From: Smithellaceae bacterium
GTDB lineage: Bacteria > Desulfobacterota > Syntrophia > Syntrophales > Smithellaceae
Assembly (NCBI GenBank): GCA_963682105.1
Contig: OY821638.1
Location: 1,813,245-1,877,244 of the forward strand
DNA length: 64,000 nt
Direction: 5' to 3'
The notes below the pieces were generated by a model. That model made no database searches. It had not been told where the DNA came from and was given only the letters and a program-made list of their open reading frames with translations. Position numbers and translations under genes: made by a program. Below, piece by piece: positions 9,801-18,141 of the stretch (position 1 is its first letter; every line of letters begins with the position of its first letter).

Positions 9801-10604
9801 TGGCCGATCAAGTTCGATCCCATCCAGGTCGAACAGATTCTCATCAATCTGGCGGTGAACGCCCGCGACGCCATGTATAAAGGCGGCAAACTGATCATCG
9901 AAACAGCCAATATTTCCGCGGACCGTCATTTTTGCGATGCGCATATCGACGTCGCCCCCGGAGATTACATCCAGCTTTCAGTCAGCGATACCGGCGTCGG
10001 CATTGCCAAAGCCAGTCTTCCGCATGTTTTTGAACCTTTCTTCACAACCAAGGAATTCGGCAAAGGCACGGGACTGGGGCTGTCAACAGTTTACGGCATT
10101 GTCAAACAAAATAACGGCTTTATCAGTGTATACAGTGAGCCCGGTCAGGGAAGCACCTTTAAAATATATATCCCCCGCACCGGCGAAGCCTTGAATATTA
10201 CGGCCCGTCTTCCTGAAAAACCCGCCAAATCAGGCTCCGGAACCATTCTGCTGGTTGAAGACGACGAAATGGTTCTCAAGATGGTCTCCGACATGCTGGA
10301 AGCGCTCGGATACATGGTCATCGCCTCGGAGAATCCTCTCGATGCGTTGTCGCTTTGCGAAAAAGGCGTCACACCGATCGACCTGGTCATCACCGACGTG
10401 GTCATGCCGCAAATGAGCGGCAAGGAATTGCGTGACAAACTGATCGCCCGGAGCACAGACATGAAGATACTTTTCATGTCCGGCTATACCTCCAATATCA
10501 TCGCCCAGCACGGCGTGCTGGAAGAAGGCATGCAGTTCATTCAAAAGCCTTTCAGCATCAATATGCTGTCCGAAAAAGTCAAACAAATGATCGCGGTCAA
10601 ATAA
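6861..10604 (+). CDS. multi-PAS hybrid sensor histidine kinase / response regulator (soluble)
   Basis: At least six PAS modules. HisKA H-box (GGVAHDFNNML), HATPase_c (N, G1, G2 boxes: NLAVNARDA, DTGVGI, GTGLGLS). C-terminal receiver (ILLVEDDE...DLVITDVVMPQMSG...K). TTG at 6861 or ATG at 6885 as start. Confidence 0.9.
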   Translation: MSYGSDKVMVSQSEKSRIQAMISSLSKILAGENSTALAVSSKNDELDILARTINALLQKNERSVSVIPKDATRIVVSNENEKHYLQILDRMQESYFETDLAGNFIFFNERLLKALNYTAAEFRGMNFRKILAPEHIRKTYKTFRNLFLTGEPVHGFEWRIVKKDGVKMDIETSAALLYGPDGKPAGFYGISHNITQRKQTDRQLKASEERYRDIVYSIEETYFEADLRGNLLFVNDSSPRDLQYSLEELQSKNFRIFTDEENAKKVYNAFHQVYLTGKPLKALEWKIFRKDGHVLDVESSVTLMLNDEGRPCGFRGITRDVSQRKETEKRLRLITENIRDVIWTRDFDLNLTYISPSIYRMTGFTTEEVLAAQTGHFSISADLNSLKQQLEEKLAYGKAHPFEKSGPMSLETQIKCKDGVIIWVEVNASFNRDERGMPFEIIGVTREITERKKAEEIFKESEKRYRMIVENMHDSIATLDLNFKPTYVSPSEIHTSGYTAEEALQLEPEQLLTPQSREFVRKVIADEFEKEFSGRPVDPHRVVTMEMEIYHKNGSTAWNEVQASFNRDENGKPVGIMLVSRDITERKKMEGILRESEKRYRMIVENMHDTIWTMDMDLHYTYQSPSEIRVTGYTPEEIMHIPIDKMLTPESFAQVSQMFAQELEKEFSGEPVDPTRSRTIELEMHHKKGHTIWQEISASFNRDENGKPVEIMLVGRDITERKKMEEALKESEKRYRMIVENMQDTISILDMNLNYVYQSPSEIRITGYTPEEIVKIPIERQVTPESLEKGLNILFEELGKEFSDTPVDPHRSIVFEVESYHKGGGSVWLEETCTFQRDESGKPVGILLAGRNITERKKAEQERDKLAAQLLHSQKMETVGRLAGGVAHDFNNMLNVILGYIDLAKMRLTMENPVYSDLIEIEKAATRSRDLTAQLLAFSRKQIISPKVVNLNELVAETQKTITRLIGEDIDLKFYPAENLWPIKFDPIQVEQILINLAVNARDAMYKGGKLIIETANISADRHFCDAHIDVAPGDYIQLSVSDTGVGIAKASLPHVFEPFFTTKEFGKGTGLGLSTVYGIVKQNNGFISVYSEPGQGSTFKIYIPRTGEALNITARLPEKPAKSGSGTILLVEDDEMVLKMVSDMLEALGYMVIASENPLDALSLCEKGVTPIDLVITDVVMPQMSGKELRDKLIARSTDMKILFMSGYTSNIIAQHGVLEEGMQFIQKPFSINMLSEKVKQMIAVK
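8202..9416 (+). repeat. three tandem 405-bp (135-codon) PAS-module repeats inside the kinase gene
   Basis: Units start at 8202, 8607 and 9012 (next at 9417). Each opens with ITERKK-x7-SEKRYRMIVENM and ends with SFNRDE-GKPV. Confidence 0.9.
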
Positions 10605-10934
10605 ATTCCCCCCTGTCAACATCCTTGTCCTCATCCTCACGGAAACGCCGCTGTAGCTGACGATCCATCAAGATGAAGGCTCTAAGGAAACCGGCAAAGA
10701 CATCCACCCGGAATCCATTGAAACGGACATCAAACTGGTGCATAATGCCGCCGGTGACTTTGCACTGAAAAACGCTTTGCTCAACCGGCCTGGTCAATGC
10801 CGGGTTAAAAGACTCGCAAAAAAAGCCGTGTTGTGTTTACTGTAACAAATGGCTGGAAAAGCAGCACAGGGGCATTCTCCCGCGCTGCGTCGCTTTCAGC
10901 ATAACATGATTGAAGGAACTGGATCAGAGAAGCT

Positions 10935-13454
10935 ATGGAATATAAGAATCTCCCTGCCGCCTATGAAACGATCTGCAGGAGGCATACCCATCGTATACTT
11001 TTTAAAAATCAAAACATCACTTTTGACCAAACCTGGACACAGGTTGCAAAAAGAGCGCTTTTTTTGCAGAAGCAAGGCTTGCAGAAAGGAGATGTTGTGG
11101 CTATTCTGGCCGTAAACTCTCCCGAGTGGTGCTTCACGTTTATGGCTGTCACGGCCATCGGAGCCGTGGCGCTTCCGCTGGATACGAATCTCTCCCCCAG
11201 GCAATACCGGGAAATGGCTGAAAGCGCGGGTGCGCGCGCCGTTTTTGTGTCCGCATCTTTCCGCAACGTCTTTGACAACCTGCCGGTTTATCCCATTGAA
11301 GATGAGCCGTCCGCGGACGGCGATGCTTCGTTTCAACCACCGCCCCTGAACCTGGAGGATACCGCCACCCTGCTGTTCACCTCCGGAACGACGGGACAGC
11401 CCAAAATCGTCGCGCTTAACCACGGCAATATCCTTCATGTCGCCATCGTCTGCACCGAACTGGAAGAATACACGCCGGACGATGTCACGCTGGCCATGCT
11501 GCCGCTTTATCACGTCTATGCGTTTGAATCGACTTTTATGGCCCCGCTTGTCACGGGCAGTTCCATTGTTTTTCAGAATTCACTCAAAGGCCCGGACATC
11601 ATCAAAGCGCTGGGGGAAAATCCCATCACGATTTTCCCGGCGGCGCCGCAGATGTGGGAGCTTTTTTTAGACGCGCTCCTCACCAAGCTCAAGGCGCAAT
11701 CGATGGCCAGATATCGCCTCTTTACGTTCTTCCTCAAAGCCGGGCCTGTTTTGAAAACCATTGGGCTGGGTTTTATTTTACGGAAAATTTTCCGTCCCGT
11801 GCATGATGTTTTCGGCCACCGGATGCGCTTTTTCATCAGTGGCGGCGCGCCGCTCAAAAAAGAATACTTCAACTACTACCAAACCATGGGTTTTAACATC
11901 ATGGAAGGTTACGGACTCACGGAAACGACGGGTCCCATCGCCATTCCCTATTATAAAGACGCCACCGCCGGCTCCGTGGGCCCCCCCATCCGCGGCAACG
12001 AGGTCAAAATCAAAAACGTCAATGACGACGGCATCGGAGAAATCTGGCTTAGCGGCCCGGCCGTCATGCCGGGCTACTATCGCAACGAGGACGCCAACCG
12101 GCAAGCTTTTGACGATCAGAAATTTTACAACACGCAGGACCTGGGCTTTGTCGATAAACGGGGACACATCCATGTTACCGGCCGCATTAAAAATGTCATC
12201 GTTTTGGATTCCGGCAAAAACGTCTATCCGGAAGAACTGGAACTGTACTTCCGGAAGTCGCCGCTCGTAGGCGAGATTGCCGTTTTCGGCCGGAAAGTGG
12301 ATGGCCGGGAAACCGTCTACGCCGTGATTGTTCCGGCGTTGAAAGGACCGGACGCTTATTCATACATCCGCAAAGAAATCGCCTCCCTCAATAAAGATCT
12401 TCCTGTCTACAAGATGATCAGCCGATTCGCTCTTTCGGCGGACCCGCTGCCCCGGAACTCCACGCGCAAGGTCCTGATCAATGACGTCATCCGGCTTCTG
12501 GAGGCGGGCGTCTACCAGACCGACGCCACCGGCAGCGCCATTGCCCGCAATGTGCTTACCGCAACCAGCATGCGGGAAGAGGAAATCATCCAGGTCTTAA
12601 GCGAAAAGCTGCGCATGGAAACCCTGCACGCCAATGAAACCCTCGCCGATTGCCGCATTGATTCACTGGGACTTGTCGAGTTGGTGGTCCACCTGGAAGA
12701 GACCCTCAACATTTCCATTGAGATTGACAAAGTCAATCCGCTGAACACACTGGAAGAGTTTGTCCGCTATCTCGCATCCTGCGAGGAACATTCAGGGGCA
12801 AACCTCGACGAACTGATTCTGAAAGGTCCCGTCGAGATTCAGGCCAAAACATTTTTCAATCCGGTCACCTTATTGATTCTCCTTTTGGTCCGGATGATCG
12901 CTTTTCTTTGCTGGCATCTGAAAGTTATCCATGCCGAACGAATGACGCCTGAAAACACCATTATCATCGCTAATCATCAATCCGTTCTGGACCCGCCGCT
13001 TTTGGTTAACCTGATTCCCCGCCGTTTAAGAAAACATGTCTTTCTGATCGGCAAAAAAGAACTTTCCTGGCTCGCGATTCCGTTTGCCGGCTCGCCGGCG
13101 CTCTTCGTGGACAGAACGGGCAATGTCGTGCCGTCCCTGAAAGCGGCCGCCGACGTGCTCCGGAGCGGACAATCGCTCATTATTTTCCCGGAAGGAACGA
13201 GAAGCCATACAGGCGAGCTGGGAAAATTCAAATCCGGATCAGCTTACCTGGCCATGCATCTGAATAAAAAAATCATTCCCGTGGTCATCCGGGGCGCTTT
13301 TGAAATCATGGCGACAGGAAAAATCCTTCCCCGGTTCTTCGGCGGACATCGGCTGGAACTGCATGTCGGAGAGGCCGTCAATCCGAAAGATTTTGATTCC
13401 GTCGAGGCGCTCACCGATCATCTGCGGGACGTTATTTTAAAACTGAAAGGATAG
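10935..13454 (+). CDS. tri-domain protein: AMP-dependent acyl ligase + phosphopantetheine carrier domain + PlsC-type acyltransferase
   Basis: Ligase motifs TSGTTGQPK, GYGLTETT, GRIKNVI. Carrier motif IDSLGLVEL (nt ~12651-12680). Hydrophobic linker, then NHQSVLD (HX4D) and FPEGTRS. Confidence 0.85.
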   Translation: MEYKNLPAAYETICRRHTHRILFKNQNITFDQTWTQVAKRALFLQKQGLQKGDVVAILAVNSPEWCFTFMAVTAIGAVALPLDTNLSPRQYREMAESAGARAVFVSASFRNVFDNLPVYPIEDEPSADGDASFQPPPLNLEDTATLLFTSGTTGQPKIVALNHGNILHVAIVCTELEEYTPDDVTLAMLPLYHVYAFESTFMAPLVTGSSIVFQNSLKGPDIIKALGENPITIFPAAPQMWELFLDALLTKLKAQSMARYRLFTFFLKAGPVLKTIGLGFILRKIFRPVHDVFGHRMRFFISGGAPLKKEYFNYYQTMGFNIMEGYGLTETTGPIAIPYYKDATAGSVGPPIRGNEVKIKNVNDDGIGEIWLSGPAVMPGYYRNEDANRQAFDDQKFYNTQDLGFVDKRGHIHVTGRIKNVIVLDSGKNVYPEELELYFRKSPLVGEIAVFGRKVDGRETVYAVIVPALKGPDAYSYIRKEIASLNKDLPVYKMISRFALSADPLPRNSTRKVLINDVIRLLEAGVYQTDATGSAIARNVLTATSMREEEIIQVLSEKLRMETLHANETLADCRIDSLGLVELVVHLEETLNISIEIDKVNPLNTLEEFVRYLASCEEHSGANLDELILKGPVEIQAKTFFNPVTLLILLLVRMIAFLCWHLKVIHAERMTPENTIIIANHQSVLDPPLLVNLIPRRLRKHVFLIGKKELSWLAIPFAGSPALFVDRTGNVVPSLKAAADVLRSGQSLIIFPEGTRSHTGELGKFKSGSAYLAMHLNKKIIPVVIRGAFEIMATGKILPRFFGGHRLELHVGEAVNPKDFDSVEALTDHLRDVILKLKG

Positions 13455-13461
13455 AACCACG

Positions 13462-14331
13462 ATGGATATTCAAGAGGTCAAAATACTCGGGCAGGGATTG
13501 CTCCGGCCTGAAGGCGTCATGGCGACCGACGACGGCCGCATCTTCGCCGCCGACGCGCGCGGGCGCTGTTCATGCATTGAAGCCGACTGGCGCATCGTCA
13601 CATTTTTCGGAAATCTGGGCGGTCTACCCAACGGCATCTGCATCGATACGAAAGGCCACTGCATCGTCGCCAATATCGGCAACGGTGAAGTCCAGTCCCT
13701 TGCGCCGGACGGCACGCATAAGGTTTTGATGACCGAAGCCGGCGGAAAAAAAATGCTCACCCCCAACTTTCCATTTCTGGATTTTGCAGGCCGCCTGTGG
13801 GTCTCCAATTCCACCGATAATCCGGATATCGATGCATCACTGCGCAATCCCGTGCCGGACGGATGTCTTGTGATGATCGCGACCGGCGAGCCGCCGCGGA
13901 TTGTCGCAGACGGCATTTACTTTGCAAACGGCGTGGCGCTCGATGCCAAAGAAGAATATGTCTATGTCGCCGAGACCATGCAGCGCCGCGTGCTTCGCTT
14001 TCCGATCCGTTCGGACAACAGCGTCGGAGCGGCGGAGGTTTACGGCCCCGACTCTCTGGGGCAGCTTGGTTTTCCCGACGGCATCGCCTTTGACGAAGCC
14101 GGAAATCTCTGGGTGGCCTTTCCGGTCGCCAACGCCCTGGGCTACATCGACACGCAGGGGCGGTTGCAAATTTATGTTCAGGACTTACAGGGAACCCGCA
14201 TCAATCGCCCCGCCAATATCTGCTTCGGCGGTCCGGGCCGCCGGACGGCTTACATCGGCAGCTTAAGCGGAAGCGGCGTTCCTTATTTTGAAGTGCCGCA
14301 TCCGGGCATGCGGCTGGTGCATCAGAAATAG
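13462..14331 (+). CDS. SMP-30/gluconolactonase/LRE family beta-propeller protein
   Basis: 289 aa with repeated GxPxGI/PDGIAFD and NGVALD blade motifs typical of the SGL family. Confidence 0.7.
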   Translation: MDIQEVKILGQGLLRPEGVMATDDGRIFAADARGRCSCIEADWRIVTFFGNLGGLPNGICIDTKGHCIVANIGNGEVQSLAPDGTHKVLMTEAGGKKMLTPNFPFLDFAGRLWVSNSTDNPDIDASLRNPVPDGCLVMIATGEPPRIVADGIYFANGVALDAKEEYVYVAETMQRRVLRFPIRSDNSVGAAEVYGPDSLGQLGFPDGIAFDEAGNLWVAFPVANALGYIDTQGRLQIYVQDLQGTRINRPANICFGGPGRRTAYIGSLSGSGVPYFEVPHPGMRLVHQK

Positions 14332-14454
14332 AAAACAGGTTCAAGGGACAAGGTGCAAGGATCAAGGTTAAGAACAGAAATCTAGAGCAAGGGGTTTTAA
14401 CCCCTGGGAGGAGTTTCAATCCCTTGCTCACTAAACTGAAAGGAGAAAGGTGAC

Positions 14455-15222
14455 ATGGAGTACAAAAACATTATTGTGACAACGCAGGATTTTGTGACGA
14501 CGATTGTTTTGAATCGTCCGCCGATGAATTCGGTAAACCTGGGCATCCGGGAAGAATTTTTCGATGCCGTCAACGCCCTGGAAAAAAGTAAGGAGACGCG
14601 GGCCGTCGTTATCACCGGCGCCGGCGACAAGGGCTTTTCCGCCGGCATGGACGTCTCCGACATCGCCAACATCGCCAAAGGCCCCAACGGCAACGAAATC
14701 ATGAATGCCATTTCCCGCTCCACCAAACCCTACATCGCGGCCATCAACGGCCATGCTTTGGGCGGCGGGTGCGAAACGGCCATTGCCTGCCACTTCCGCA
14801 TCATGACGGACAACCCCAAGGCGCTCATCGGTCTTCCGGAAGTCAACCTGGGCATCACCCCCGGCTGGGGTGGCATTCAGCGTCTGCCGCGGCTGCTGGG
14901 AAAATCCAAAGCCCTCGACATAATCCTTTTCAGCAAAAGGCTTGCCCCCGCTGAAGCGCTCGCCATCGGCATGGTGGATAAAGTTGTTCCCGCCGCCGAT
15001 CTGATGAAAGAAGCCACAGCATTTGCCGCGGCGCTCGCCAAACGGCCGCCTCTGGCCATCGCCGCGGTGTTGGAAGGCATGAGCGTGGGTCTGGACAAGG
15101 GTTTTGACGAAGGTCTGCGCGTGGACATCGAATGGTCGAAAAAACTGGCCACCAGCAAAGACGCCACAGAAGGCATCACCGCCTTCCTGCAGAAACGCGA
15201 ACCCAAATTTATCGGGGAATAA
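14455..15222 (+). CDS. enoyl-CoA hydratase/isomerase (crotonase family)
   Basis: AAINGHALGGGCETAIACHFRI and GLPEVNLGITPGWGG oxyanion-hole motifs. RBS GGAGAAAGG upstream. Confidence 0.85.
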   Translation: MEYKNIIVTTQDFVTTIVLNRPPMNSVNLGIREEFFDAVNALEKSKETRAVVITGAGDKGFSAGMDVSDIANIAKGPNGNEIMNAISRSTKPYIAAINGHALGGGCETAIACHFRIMTDNPKALIGLPEVNLGITPGWGGIQRLPRLLGKSKALDIILFSKRLAPAEALAIGMVDKVVPAADLMKEATAFAAALAKRPPLAIAAVLEGMSVGLDKGFDEGLRVDIEWSKKLATSKDATEGITAFLQKREPKFIGE

Positions 15223-15239
15223 AAATTTTATTATTTCCG

Positions 15240-15717
15240 CACTGTAGGGAACGGTCGCGTAACCTTCAGGTTATTGAAACCGTTCCCTACACATTTCTGT
15301 ATCCCTGATAAAAAAAGAATATTAAAAGAAAAAATACTGTTTTACGGATCAGAATGCGCCCTCCACCCCCGGCAACGGGGAACATCCTCCACGAGCCGCC
15401 ATTCACTATGCGCTATGAGCTGCGAGCTTTCCTCCCCGCTGCTGGAGGATATTTTTCTTCTCGGTACTTGAGCCTTGAACCTTGATCCTTAATTCCGTTC
15501 ACCAGCTACGAGCTTCGAACTACGAGCGGTTCTCTCCTCTAGGGGATATTTCTCGTCTGTATACTTGGACCTTGGACCTTGAACCTTGCGCCGTGATCCT
15601 TAATTCCATTCACCCTCCCCTCCGGGCTTAACTCCGAAGGAGTTACACGTTATAGAAAGTTTCAAGTCTCTACGTACGACCCCGACGGGGTCGCAGATTT
15701 TGAATTTGCCGGATCAT
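15240..15717. repeat. mosaic intergenic repeat cluster
   Basis: Hairpin GTAGGGAACGGT...ACCGTTCCCTAC, two GGAGGATATTT-TACTTGGACCTTGAACCTTG-CCTTAATTCC modules, CTACGAGC units. The tail 15620-15717 is the reverse complement of 26150-26260. Confidence 0.9.
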
Positions 15718-15743
15718 CTATAAACGTTGAATCTCTTCGGGAT

Positions 15744-15781
15744 AAAAAAAAGGCAGCAACCGTCTCCGGCGCCGCCTTTTT
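15744..15781 (-). terminator. rho-independent terminator after the PEP-CTERM gene (hairpin flanked by A8 / T-run)
   Basis: On the minus strand: GGCGGCGCCGGAGACGGTTGCTGCC followed by TTTTTTTT. Confidence 0.6.
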
Positions 15782-15802
15782 GTTTTCTTTACTGAATGCT
15801 CT

Positions 15803-16378
15803 TTATTTCCTCTTCTTTCTAAGCGGAACAATGCCCAGAAGGCCAAGGCCGAGAAGCAGCAACGTAGTCGGTTCGGGAACCTGATTAAGGTTGTGAACTT
15901 CGAAGGTATAATTTGCACCGTTATTTAAAGGAGATCCATGGGTGGACGCTCCCTGACTGCCTCCGTCGTAAGAAACTGTCGCCCAATCAACCAATACGTT
16001 GCCATTATAGGCGTAAAATTCAAAGCTGAACGGCGTATTTTCATAAACGGCTGTATCGATATCAAAAAACCATGCCAAAACACTTAATGCATTTCCTTGA
16101 GCGATGACGGATTTCCCGGAAGCGTCAAAGCTGACACCCCAAGTATTGAAAACATTTGCGTCATAAGGAATACCGAGAGCCGTAGAATGATTTTCAGTAT
16201 AATCCGCTCTTAACTCAATTCCCGGCGCCGTAAAAATCGGATCTGCCGATGTCTGAACTATTTTATCAAAATTCCCAACACCCCATTCAGCCGTTAAAAG
16301 GCCATTCGCTAACGCAGAAGAAGAAATTCCCAAACAAAAAACAAACACTAAAGAAAAAACAAGTTTCATCTTTTTCAT
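15803..16378 (-). CDS. PEP-CTERM sorting domain-containing secreted protein
   Basis: Signal peptide MKKMKLVFSLVFVFCLGISSSALA. C-terminus VPEPTTLLLLGLGLLGIVPLRKKRK is PEP motif + TM + basic tail. Confidence 0.85.
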   Translation of the reverse strand: MKKMKLVFSLVFVFCLGISSSALANGLLTAEWGVGNFDKIVQTSADPIFTAPGIELRADYTENHSTALGIPYDANVFNTWGVSFDASGKSVIAQGNALSVLAWFFDIDTAVYENTPFSFEFYAYNGNVLVDWATVSYDGGSQGASTHGSPLNNGANYTFEVHNLNQVPEPTTLLLLGLGLLGIVPLRKKRK

Positions 16379-16730
16379 AATTACTTCCCTCCTAAGTTAA
16401 ATCAACTACCTTAAATCATGGATATAAGAATAATTACCCAACATATCGCCATTACCTATGCAAAAACCATACTACATGCATAAGTCATCAATTTATAATG
16501 TAATTCAATGAATTCCCGGTTTTTTATTTAATACTCCTGTAAAGATTTCCGACATTGTAAAATTTTCTTTACATTTGCACGCTTAGAACATATTCAAGTC
16601 ATCACGACAACTTAACTATGTAAATCCTTAAAACGACATGTAAAGATTCCCGACACAGGATCTCAGCACTTGTTTTTTAATAGGTGATTTAGAAAGACAA
16701 TTAAAAGGTAATATTTTGAAACTCAGAATA

Positions 16731-16980
16731 TGCTCCACCCCCGGCGCGGGGTATAGTGCGGCTATACCATTCACTACGAGCCGTGAGCTATGAGCTGTTC
16801 TCTCCTCTGGAGGATATTTTTCGTCTGGATACTTGGACATTGAACCTTGCGCCTTGTTCCTTAATTCTATCCGCCATCCACGATAAGCTATCGGCTATCA
16901 GCTATGAGCTACGAGCTTTCCTCTCCGCCTCTTGCCTTTATCCTTGTACCTTGTACCTTGTACCTTGAACCTTGAACCTT
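16731..16980. repeat. mosaic intergenic repeat cluster ending in a heptamer microsatellite
   Basis: Same modules as 5666-5876. 16942-16980 is (ACCTTGT)x3(ACCTTGA)x2, abutting the PHP gene stop. Confidence 0.9.
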
Positions 16981-17623
16981 ACTCCTGTCTCTTCTCCGCC
17001 CGGAATCTCCCCGCCCGGATTTCACGCAGAAAGTTTTCCTCGTTTAATACCGGCTTTTCAAAGACCGTCACATAGGAGCCGATGTTGAGGATTTTGTGCG
17101 CATCGCTGCCTCCGGTGCCGGGCACGTTCATCTGCTCCATCGCCTGCTTGACTTTATCCATCGCTTTTTCGGAGTGGTCCGGATGGCAAAGCTCGATGCC
17201 GTCCAGTTTTAATTTGTAAATCAGGTCGCCCGCACCGTAGTAATGTGACCGGCCGCCTCGCGACAATTTATAAGGATGCGCGGCAATGATGATGCCGCCC
17301 TCTTTATGGACGGTTTCCACCAGTTGGGCGGCGGTTTTTGTTCTGGTGAGGCTGCGTTTCAAGCCAAAGATCAGATATTCCCCTTCGGAGCGTCCGGAGT
17401 CGTCTCTGGCATGGATTTCCTGGCCGTTGATTAAAACGATGCCCCGTTTTGCGGCGGCATCCCGCAGCGGGTTGAATTCCGCATCCGGCCAGCGCATACC
17501 GTGTTCGGTAATGGCCACACCGTTGAGACCGGCCGAAACGGCCTGACCGATAAGATCCTCATACTGAATAAAGGAGCAGCCGGAATACCGGCGGGTGTGA
17601 ACGTGAAGATCGAAAATACTCAT
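16979..17623 (-). CDS. PHP-domain metal-dependent phosphoesterase
   Basis: N-terminal DLHVHT, internal AITEHG, C-terminal GGSDAHK: the PHP histidine/aspartate motifs. Confidence 0.75.
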   Translation of the reverse strand: MSIFDLHVHTRRYSGCSFIQYEDLIGQAVSAGLNGVAITEHGMRWPDAEFNPLRDAAAKRGIVLINGQEIHARDDSGRSEGEYLIFGLKRSLTRTKTAAQLVETVHKEGGIIIAAHPYKLSRGGRSHYYGAGDLIYKLKLDGIELCHPDHSEKAMDKVKQAMEQMNVPGTGGSDAHKILNIGSYVTVFEKPVLNEENFLREIRAGRFRAEKRQE

Positions 17624-17660
17624 AGATAAAAAGACAAAGCCATAGAGAGTTACTGCGGAA

Positions 17661-17885
17661 TTATTTCTTATGGACCCACTTCACCTGGAATTCGATTTCC
17701 TCGTTTTTGCCCTCGCGCTCGTGCTCCACGTTGAAGACGGCTCCCGAGGGAACGGCGATTCTTTCACCGGCAATGGAGATGACAAAGCGTTTGCCGTTTT
17801 CCAGTGCATCGGCCAGCCGGCGAAGCTTGGCGACAAATTCCGGAGTGGAGTAAGATTTTTCGATATCGATTGATTTCTTTTTCAT
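17661..17885 (-). CDS. amphi-Trp domain-containing protein
   Basis: 74 aa. FVAKLRRLADALENGKRF...IEFQVKW pattern as recalled for the amphi-Trp family. Recognition by memory only. Confidence 0.5.
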   Translation of the reverse strand: MKKKSIDIEKSYSTPEFVAKLRRLADALENGKRFVISIAGERIAVPSGAVFNVEHEREGKNEEIEFQVKWVHKK

Positions 17886-18141
17886 ACGTAATTCCTGTTT
17901 TTATTTACCAATACGCTCAAAAGAAATTTTCTGTCAAGCCCGGGGGATTATTTTATGGCATTTACTCAAAAAAATTGGTAAGAGCTTTTCATAATTTTTA
18001 GTCGTAGTTCCAGACAGGTTGCACCATAAATACATGGATAAGGAGGGTTTGCAGCAGGCATAATTCATACATAAAGACAGCGGAATCAATAGTTTACTTC
18101 ATTTCCATCGCGTTTAACCAAACTTTAGGAGGGAAGTTAAT

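Noticed and set aside
10597-10797. 66-aa minus-strand ORF in the 330-bp gap between the kinase and the tri-domain gene
   Set aside because: No RBS, its 3' end overlaps the kinase stop, and no recognisable motif. It cannot be excluded as a small protein, but it is unsupported.
15274-15471. Short ORFs inside repeat clusters (15274..15471, 16628..16968, 26148..26962, 44884..45117, 57156..57383)
   Set aside because: They are encoded entirely by dispersed repeat modules (CHSRAGGNP/VIPAQAGIQ-type peptides), which are classic spurious calls.
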